Shown here: positions 57,648 to 64,000 of the stretch, one piece after another
How the letters are laid out: the number at the start of each line of letters is the position of its first letter
Numbering within the stretch: the stretch's first letter is position 1
Virus record (IMG/VR): IMGVR_UViG_3300042946_001372
DNA from: an uncultured virus (IMG/VR IMGVR_UViG_3300042946_001372)
Lineage: Duplodnaviria > Heunggongvirae > Uroviricota > Caudoviricetes
Direction: 5' to 3' (one strand)
Length of the DNA stretch: 64,000 nt
Notes under the pieces: model-generated
Told to the model about the DNA's origin: nothing
Seen by the model: the letters and a program-made list of their open reading frames with translations, nothing else
Database searches by the model: none
Position numbers and translations under genes: made by a program

Positions 57648-59321
57648 TTATGACTCTTTACGTAACTTCCTATCGTAATGGTCGAACCTATTATGTTCGG
57701 TTGGTGTCATAAGAAGTAACCCTGGTTTGAGTTTGCCCGCAACAGTCTGCTGATACATATGACTCATCCACGTTTGTTCAAATGGGTGAGCCCAAGTTGT
57801 TTCTAAAAACATCTTTTTATTACCGGGCCTTGAGACTATTTGTGGCCAATTACAATAGTATATTTCACCTGTTGCATATGGTATACCTTTGTGGGAATCT
57901 ATTTTGGTGAATTTTGTTTTTGGGGCATTTGGGTCTAATCCCATGTTTGGGAGTCGGGGTTTTTCAGGCCAAAACTTTAATCTTACATCTTGAGGGACAT
58001 TATACCAAGACCATTGAGTACTATTATCACCAAAAAACTCTGAAAAATTTAATTTTAAAAAATCAAAATTTTCTTTTTTAACAATTTCTAAAGATTTTGA
58101 ATAAAGATTATCTGTGAATCTGTTGAAACCATTTTTACAAACCTCTTGATTCGGATAGAAGAACATATCGTCCTCAAAGAAAAGGTAATAATCTAAATCC
58201 GTTTCTGTGTCAAAATGTTCTGCAATCCACTGTCTTCCACCGCAGATACCTAAATTATCCTTTTTTATTTCTTCGAAACCATAATCATCACATAATTGAC
58301 TATAAGTTAAATCTGTTGTCCTGTCTGTAGAATTATTTAAAAGAAATTTTTTAGTTTTTAATAAAAAATCTTTATCATAAGAATTCATCGATTGTATCAG
58401 AGTTTCAAATTGTTCTGGACTGTTAAATGTTATAACATATAAACCAACTTTATTTGTATCTAACATTTCCTGTGAGACAAATCCGCTCTCAGATTTTACT
58501 TCTAAATTGTTATTTTTCAAACCCTCAAAAAATTTACCTATGAGACCGTTACCTTCTATCTCAAAATAATTTATTAAATCTGAGTGTTTATAACACATTA
58601 TACTAAAAATAGATTCTTCGGTACCCATCAACCCTTGGTCTAATGTAGATTTCAATAAACCATAATAAATTGAATTTATTTCTGGTATAGTATACTTTGG
58701 TCCACCAAAGAATCCTCCTCTTGCAACTTTGTCTACTTTAGTACCGGCAATCTCATTTAATCTTGAATACTCAAATCCATGAATTTCATTATTTGCCTCA
58801 TATGGAAAACAAATAAAAGAAAACTTTGAGATGTATTTAGGAAGATTATTTAAAACCTTGTCGTGTGTGAAATATCCGGAGTGCACGGTGTTTGTAATAC
58901 CTCCGTCAATCCAAAACATATATTCCGAATTAAATTGGTCCATAATCTTGGCATCATGAAGTAGAAAAACTTTGGACATGACTAAAGGATTATAGTTTTC
59001 TAATTTCGATTGAGTTGAGTCTCTAAGCCACCCCGCAAGATTTTTCCAATCTTCATTGTTTCTTATCAGTTGTATTTTTTCAAAAAACTCATTTTCTCTG
59101 AACCAAGATATTGGTCTTCTAATAAATTGAGTATTCTCCTTATTCCTTTTTCTAAAAACAAATTCTTCTAAAGACTCATCCCCGAAAATAATCATATTTT
59201 CAGACGCATCCAAAAGAGAATCAAATTTTTCCAAATAATGTTCATAGGGTCGTTTCCAACCCTCATTTAATTCAGACCTCCCGATGTCCCAAATACCCGT
59301 TACTAAAGTAATGTTATTCAT
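57648..59321 (-). CDS. Two-domain glycosyltransferase: HtrL/YibB-like N-terminus plus GT2-like GT-A C-terminus
   Basis: TLVTGIWDIGR...YMFWIDGG...GGFFGG...TEES, then YVITFN...NLGICGGR...LFFEDD. Confidence 0.75.
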   Translation of the reverse strand: MNNITLVTGIWDIGRSELNEGWKRPYEHYLEKFDSLLDASENMIIFGDESLEEFVFRKRNKENTQFIRRPISWFRENEFFEKIQLIRNNEDWKNLAGWLRDSTQSKLENYNPLVMSKVFLLHDAKIMDQFNSEYMFWIDGGITNTVHSGYFTHDKVLNNLPKYISKFSFICFPYEANNEIHGFEYSRLNEIAGTKVDKVARGGFFGGPKYTIPEINSIYYGLLKSTLDQGLMGTEESIFSIMCYKHSDLINYFEIEGNGLIGKFFEGLKNNNLEVKSESGFVSQEMLDTNKVGLYVITFNSPEQFETLIQSMNSYDKDFLLKTKKFLLNNSTDRTTDLTYSQLCDDYGFEEIKKDNLGICGGRQWIAEHFDTETDLDYYLFFEDDMFFYPNQEVCKNGFNRFTDNLYSKSLEIVKKENFDFLKLNFSEFFGDNSTQWSWYNVPQDVRLKFWPEKPRLPNMGLDPNAPKTKFTKIDSHKGIPYATGEIYYCNWPQIVSRPGNKKMFLETTWAHPFEQTWMSHMYQQTVAGKLKPGLLLMTPTEHNRFDHYDRKLRKES

Positions 59322-60201
59322 ATATTCTATTAAATTCCTCTAAGATTTTATAAAAACTTTTATTTTTCAGAAATAGTTCTTCACTAGTCCCTTGTGGTGC
59401 GTTATCCCTACACCACCAAATATCAAAATGTTTCCTAACAAACAAATCGTTGTGGTTATAAAACATTAAAGTCATTATTTGTTCTTCATGAGGTAAAAAC
59501 TTACAAGAATCATCCGACAAGATTTTTACAACATAATCTTCGAATGTACTAACCATGTTATCCCATCTATCTCTATGACCACCGAACAAACCACCAATAA
59601 TATGAATTTGTCTTATATAGTTGGTATACCATTTTTGGTCCACGGTTCCAGACCAATAATTCCTTTCATTCTCTTTCCCTAATATTAAAAATTTATCACT
59701 TGTGTCGATTATTAAATTTTCTGAAAAAGAATTGTTAAACAACGTACTCTCATAAAATCTTCTCATACCATGAGGAAAATTCAAATACTTCAATGGTATC
59801 AAACCACAATGTGATAATCCGGCGTCTATCCAATAATAATAATCGTATGATTTATCTTCGTTCCACCACCAAGAAAATTTAGAGTATTGAATTTCAATAC
59901 ATCTATCACCTCTCTTTATGTCCTCCACATTTTTTCTAAGATTTATTAAATCTTTGAATTTGGAATTAGTCAAATCAAATATTTCAAATTTTAATTTGTT
60001 TTCTGATATATTGTTTTCTTTATAAAAAAACTCTTTCAAAGATTCTATCTCTCTTTCAGAAGTATAACACAGAAAATCTGCATTAGTCATTTTTAAAAGA
60101 GATAGAAGACTGAACCTATAGTGAGTACCTCTGGCAGGCCTACCCCCCAACTCTGTTCCATTCAAATCACTATAAATTGCTGTTATAAATTTAATTCTCA
60201 T
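59314..60201 (-). CDS. HtrL/YibB-like glycosyltransferase
   Basis: FITAIY...IQYSK...YYWIDAGL...IIGGLFGG...EEQIM, paralogous to the neighbour's N-terminal domain. Confidence 0.65.
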   Translation of the reverse strand: MRIKFITAIYSDLNGTELGGRPARGTHYRFSLLSLLKMTNADFLCYTSEREIESLKEFFYKENNISENKLKFEIFDLTNSKFKDLINLRKNVEDIKRGDRCIEIQYSKFSWWWNEDKSYDYYYWIDAGLSHCGLIPLKYLNFPHGMRRFYESTLFNNSFSENLIIDTSDKFLILGKENERNYWSGTVDQKWYTNYIRQIHIIGGLFGGHRDRWDNMVSTFEDYVVKILSDDSCKFLPHEEQIMTLMFYNHNDLFVRKHFDIWWCRDNAPQGTSEELFLKNKSFYKILEEFNRIYE

Positions 60202-60934
60202 TATAATGGAAGTGTTTTTTTTCTTCTTTGAATTTATTATTCGTATCTTGATTCAAAAATTTGTGATGTATTTTTACTGGTGAGTATTGATTCCAATTAT
60301 ATGTTTGAGTATAAAAATTATTATACATCCCATGAGATACATCAGAATATGAATTTTTCTGTGGTGCTATTGGTAAAATTGGAGTGTAAGATTGGAATTT
60401 AGGGTATACGTTTTTAACCAAATGTTCGTCTATTGGAAGAACATAATCACCGCTTTGAAATGCATAATCTTTTATTGTTCTGACAGCATCTAACACCTTT
60501 AAATCGTAAATCAAAATATTTGTTGCAAATATTTCTGTCAGTCTATCGTTTGGTTTAGGTGGAAGATTAGTTATATCCAACAATAAATCATATTTTGAAC
60601 TTTTGTTTACTGGTCTATTCAATGTTGGTGCCAAATTCATTACACCGAACTCGATGTCCGATATTTGTGATTCCAAGTCCTGAATTAAAGATTTACAATA
60701 AGGCATGAATTGACAATCATCTTCGATAATCATAACCCTTTGGTATCCTCTCTCTTCAGATATTCTCAGAATTTCTAAATGAGAAAGAGTACATCCCATG
60801 TAACTATTTCTATTTATCGCGTTGAATAATTCAAAATCCCAACCAACATATTCTAATTCAAATTTTATGTCTTCTAACCTATCGGGACGAGATTCCAAAT
60901 TTATTACAAACTTAGGTAATTCTTGGAATTTCAT
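60191..60934 (-). CDS. GT25-family glycosyltransferase
   Basis: VINLESRPDRL, GCTLSH, MIIEDD, PIDE, SYSDV. Confidence 0.85.
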   Translation of the reverse strand: MKFQELPKFVINLESRPDRLEDIKFELEYVGWDFELFNAINRNSYMGCTLSHLEILRISEERGYQRVMIIEDDCQFMPYCKSLIQDLESQISDIEFGVMNLAPTLNRPVNKSSKYDLLLDITNLPPKPNDRLTEIFATNILIYDLKVLDAVRTIKDYAFQSGDYVLPIDEHLVKNVYPKFQSYTPILPIAPQKNSYSDVSHGMYNNFYTQTYNWNQYSPVKIHHKFLNQDTNNKFKEEKKHFHYNEN

Positions 60935-62199
60935 TAGCTTACATGGTTATGAGATAATTGTCCCGTCAATCTATCGCACCATCCCTTTGATTCTGAATGG
61001 GGCCATACAACCCAATACTTAGGTAATACATCAGTTTGAAACTCCCTCCAAATTTTACAATATTTGTCAGGGTCATTCATTAGTCTTGTAATCTCAGATT
61101 TATCTGCATCTTTTCTATACAGGGTTTCGTCATTAGGTCCATGGAATGCGACAACCCAAAAATCATAGTCTTTTTCAGGAACAGAGGAGTAACCAACATC
61201 AATACAGTGTTTATAAACAGTACAGAAAGACTTTTTCCAATCTTCTTCAGTTTCTATTGCAGGACTTGGCGGATAGTTTTTATCTAAACACCACTTATCT
61301 ACAGCTCTTTTTTCGAATAAGAGACCCGAATACTTTTCATAGTCCCTTAGTGTTCTAACAGGTCCAAAACCATAAAGTCCATCATGTCCCTCTTGGTTTT
61401 CACCATCCATACCAAACAGTTTTCTGTTTGTAAGATGTGAATGTTTATTTCTATCTCCCCAAGTTTTGTCATCATCCCATTGTTTAGTTCTACCCTTGCG
61501 AGTATACTCGTGATAAATTACTGGAATATGTGGATGAAATAAATCATAACCCCAAGTATAAGCTCTTGCAGCAATAGAGATTTCTTCACCGTGAAAATAA
61601 TATTCAGGATTGTGTTGAACCTCTTTTGCGAATGAACCTAAGGTAAAACAAAAATGTGCAGAATAAAATCTTGCTGGTACAGGTTTTGTCATTTCCCTCC
61701 AACCAGGAATTGTTTCAGGTAAAAAGAAAACTGCACCTTCAGGAATAAATCTATCAAACACCATTCTCCAAGCATCTTGTGCTCTTCCTGCAGGGTCGTT
61801 ATCAGGGTCAAAGGAGGGTACATAACCCGTAAGTAGAGGTTTCTTATACCCATCCTTTTGAAGACCCTTTATCATGTTGATTAGGATTTCATCCCAATCT
61901 TTGACAAATCTCATGTGTGAGTCTATCTGTAAAGTATATTTTTCACCAGAGTATAATTGTTGAACTAAATTTCTTGCCCAACAAACCCCCTTAGCTTCTT
62001 GATAGGGAATGTCTAATATTCTAAAACGTTCATCATCTTTGTATTCGTCTAAATTGTCAAATTTATCTGACTCAGAAAATTGTCTTGCAATACCAATAAC
62101 CAAATTTTTTGGTTTTTTTGCATTTGCTAACATATCTTTTATGGTTAAAACTAATTGTGGGTCACGATAACTAGCAATCTGAATAAAAATTTTGCTCAT
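60934..62199 (-). CDS. GT60-family polypeptide/hydroxyproline alpha-GlcNAc transferase-like protein
   Basis: IFIQIASYRDP, GVCWAR, LQIDSHMRF..DWD, FHGEE...R..T.GYD, H.Y.R signatures. Confidence 0.85.
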   Translation of the reverse strand: MSKIFIQIASYRDPQLVLTIKDMLANAKKPKNLVIGIARQFSESDKFDNLDEYKDDERFRILDIPYQEAKGVCWARNLVQQLYSGEKYTLQIDSHMRFVKDWDEILINMIKGLQKDGYKKPLLTGYVPSFDPDNDPAGRAQDAWRMVFDRFIPEGAVFFLPETIPGWREMTKPVPARFYSAHFCFTLGSFAKEVQHNPEYYFHGEEISIAARAYTWGYDLFHPHIPVIYHEYTRKGRTKQWDDDKTWGDRNKHSHLTNRKLFGMDGENQEGHDGLYGFGPVRTLRDYEKYSGLLFEKRAVDKWCLDKNYPPSPAIETEEDWKKSFCTVYKHCIDVGYSSVPEKDYDFWVVAFHGPNDETLYRKDADKSEITRLMNDPDKYCKIWREFQTDVLPKYWVVWPHSESKGWCDRLTGQLSHNHVS

Positions 62200-62222
62200 T
62201 GAAAATGGTTTTTTTTAAAAAT

Positions 62223-62251
62223 AAAAAACCCTCAACAAAAGTAGAGGGTTT
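62223..62251 (-). terminator. Intrinsic terminator after mucin-like gene
   Basis: AAACCCTC-tacttttgtt-GAGGGTTT followed by tttattttt on the minus strand. Confidence 0.65.
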
Positions 62252-62274
62252 GATAATAAGATTTATTGTAAAAA

Positions 62275-64000
62275 TTAGACGTTCAATACCGCCGATACAT
62301 AAACAGTGTCACCTGTGACCCATGTCGTTGTTGCAGATTGTATCAGTACTGCATTTCCTGAGGGTTCTGGTATCGGAGGTACCCCTATACCTGTACCAAA
62401 CACAAATCCTGTATCTCCTGAAGTTGACCAAAATTTGAAAGAATCTGTGTCTCCTGAATATATTGCAGAGTCACCATTCTGAGTAAATGTAATTGTTATA
62501 GTTTGTCCTGTAAAAGCTGAATAATAAGATGTTCTATCAGTTAAACTTGTGTCTATAGAGTTGAAATAAAAACCTCGTGATGAAAGACCCAATAAGTTTA
62601 TTTCGGTACTTCCGAAATTATTAGGTTCGTTATTCATAATTGCATTTCCATCGGATGGCAAGTTATATGGTAAAGCAATCAAATTGTAAGAGAATCCTGA
62701 AACAGGTAGTGGACTTTCAGAGGGTGAAGGTGTAATTGTTGGTGTTGGAGTCACCTCTTCGGTCGGTGTTGGTGTAGGTGTTACTTCTGCTGTTGGTGTT
62801 GGTGTCGGGGTTTCTGGAGGTGCGATACATGAACCATCCTCAGCCAATACTGTGATTGGTGTTGTACAATTCAAAGTCACACCTAAGAAATCATAATTAG
62901 ATGGTCCAGTTCCAGTTATATCATAACACTGAACATTACCTAAACTGTCTGTTAAAGTAATCTTCTGAGCCGCAACTGAATTTAACACCGAGATTCTTAT
63001 ATCAACAACGCCCACGATTGTCGAACACAAAATCGTTCCATTACCAGGAGTATTTGGTAATGCTTGACCAGAAACGTAAGTTGCTGAACTACCATTTACT
63101 GTCAAATCAGTTATGTTCACATCAACTGAAGAATTGGTCAAAATTGTAATTTGACAACAAGTCTGTGTTGAAGTTGGTGTTAAAGTTGGTGTACAAGAAG
63201 GTGTAGGAGTTGGTGTCTCAGATTCTGTTGGTGTGCAAGTTGGAGTGACATCTGGTGTAGGAGTTGGTGTCTCAGATTCTGTTGGTGTGCAAGTTGGAGT
63301 GACATCTGGTGTAGGAGTTGGTGTCTCAGATTCTGTTGGTGTACAAGTTGGAGTGACATCTGGTGTAGGAGTTGGTGTCTCAGATTCTGTTGGTGTACAA
63401 GTTGGACTCACTTGAGGAGTTGAGGTTTGCGATGGGGTAGGTGTAGGAGTTACTAACTCTTCACAACAAGGATTGAAATAATTTAATGAATAAGGAGTTG
63501 AACCCGAAACAACCGTATATGAATTACCTGAGAAACAATCTACCTCAAGACCTGGTCCTAACAAAAATGTTGCAGGATACGTTTCTGCGGAATATACCTG
63601 ACCTGAGCTAGTGCCAGGACAATATACCCAATCAATTTCAGAGTAACCTGATATAGTAAATTCAACGTAGTGATAACAATCTCCATACGGACAAGTTGGT
63701 GTTGGAGTTGGTGTTATCTCTTCAGTTGGTGTAGGTGTTGGAGTTATACCCTCCGTAGCGGTTGGTGTGGGAGTTTCTGTGTTCGTTGGTGTAGGTGTAG
63801 GAGTTACCAATTCATCACAACAAGGGTTAAAATAATTTAAAGAAACAGGTGTTGAACCCGTCAAAATTGTATACGAATTACCTGAAAAACAATCCGATTC
63901 GATTGTTGGACCTTCTATGAAAGTCGCCGGATAAGTATCGGCAGAATAAATAATAGCAGAGGTCGAGCCAGGACATAGTCCCCATTCTATAACTGTAAAG
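62275..64000 (-). CDS. Mucin-like Pro/Thr-repeat multidomain virion protein, 5' end beyond window
   Basis: Frame stays open from 63864 to the window edge (FTVIEWGLCPGSTSAIIYSADTYP...); three PT tracts separate Cys-containing domains. Confidence 0.85.
   Translation of the reverse strand, partial: FTVIEWGLCPGSTSAIIYSADTYPATFIEGPTIESDCFSGNSYTILTGSTPVSLNYFNPCCDELVTPTPTPTNTETPTPTATEGITPTPTPTEEITPTPTPTCPYGDCYHYVEFTISGYSEIDWVYCPGTSSGQVYSAETYPATFLLGPGLEVDCFSGNSYTVVSGSTPYSLNYFNPCCEELVTPTPTPSQTSTPQVSPTCTPTESETPTPTPDVTPTCTPTESETPTPTPDVTPTCTPTESETPTPTPDVTPTCTPTESETPTPTPSCTPTLTPTSTQTCCQITILTNSSVDVNITDLTVNGSSATYVSGQALPNTPGNGTILCSTIVGVVDIRISVLNSVAAQKITLTDSLGNVQCYDITGTGPSNYDFLGVTLNCTTPITVLAEDGSCIAPPETPTPTPTAEVTPTPTPTEEVTPTPTITPSPSESPLPVSGFSYNLIALPYNLPSDGNAIMNNEPNNFGSTEINLLGLSSRGFYFNSIDTSLTDRTSYYSAFTGQTITITFTQNGDSAIYSGDTDSFKFWSTSGDTGFVFGTGIGVPPIPEPSGNAVLIQSATTTWVTGDTVYVSAVLNV
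63200..63406. repeat. 54-bp coding tandem repeat (about 3.8 copies) encoding PDVTPTCTPTESETPTPT
   Basis: Unit ggtgtaggagttggtgtctcagattctgttggtgt(g/a)caagttggagtgacatct at 63200, 63254 and 63308, partial at 63362. Confidence 0.95.

Noticed and set aside
476..61358. Numerous 60-136 aa ORFs in the track that are antisense or out of frame within long genes (e.g. 14280..14558, 20794..21117, 39436..39828, 48178..48588, 25170..25451)
   Set aside because: Fully or largely nested in well-supported genes, with no recognisable motifs or expression signals.
49253..62199. Eukaryotic giant-virus (NCLDV) origin suggested by SET, SNF2, PolB, SOD and glycosyltransferases
   Set aside because: Contractile tail genes, overlapping operonic genes, intrinsic terminators and Bacteroidota-type promoters indicate a bacteriophage.
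63200..63406. 54-bp repeats as CRISPR or non-coding array, and the plus-strand 60-aa ORF 63233..63415
   Set aside because: In-frame coding repeat of the minus-strand PT tract; the plus-strand ORF is its antisense shadow.
1..64000. Stop-codon reassignment as in some large Bacteroidota phages
   Set aside because: Conserved genes are full length in the standard code, and TAG and TGA end genes at expected positions with tight overlaps.
1..64000. tRNA or rRNA genes
   Set aside because: Intergenic gaps are short and AT-rich; no cloverleaf with D- and T-loop consensus was seen by eye.

Overview
The window is a 64 kb, AT-rich, densely coding segment of a large T4-like myovirus genome (contractile tail; probably a jumbo/huge phage), read in the standard genetic code and mostly on the minus strand. 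The host is probably Bacteroidota, based on a TTTG-N20-TAnnTTTG promoter, A-rich leaders without Shine-Dalgarno and SprB-like repeats. Left to right it holds: (1) fibre and baseplate genes, including (Gly-Thr-Ser)n and Pro/Thr-repeat proteins, an SprB-repeat protein and gp7-, gp6- and gp25-like wedge proteins; (2) a replication block with class II RNR NrdJ, DnaB-like helicase, 5'-3' exonuclease, RecA/UvsX and gp32-like SSB; (3) a tail block with giant hub and tube-initiator proteins, tape measure, tail chaperone, tube, a HAD phosphatase, sheath and gp15/gp14/gp13-like proteins; (4) a plus-strand island with SET-domain, SNF2 helicase and SOD-fusion genes; (5) family B DNA polymerase; (6) four glycosyltransferase genes (GT60, GT25, two HtrL/YibB-like) beside a mucin-like protein. 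The leading hypothesis is a phage-encoded mucin-type O-glycosylation system for the virion, with a recurring [S/T]-[G/A]-x-T motif in surface-exposed structural domains as candidate acceptor sequon. Also notable: a candidate +1 frameshift in the tail chaperone, an unannotated ribbon-helix-helix gene with an operator-like array, a strand-tracking TATTTAT late-promoter motif, and a SOD fused to a nuclease-like domain. All product calls come from motif recognition by eye; no database searches were run.
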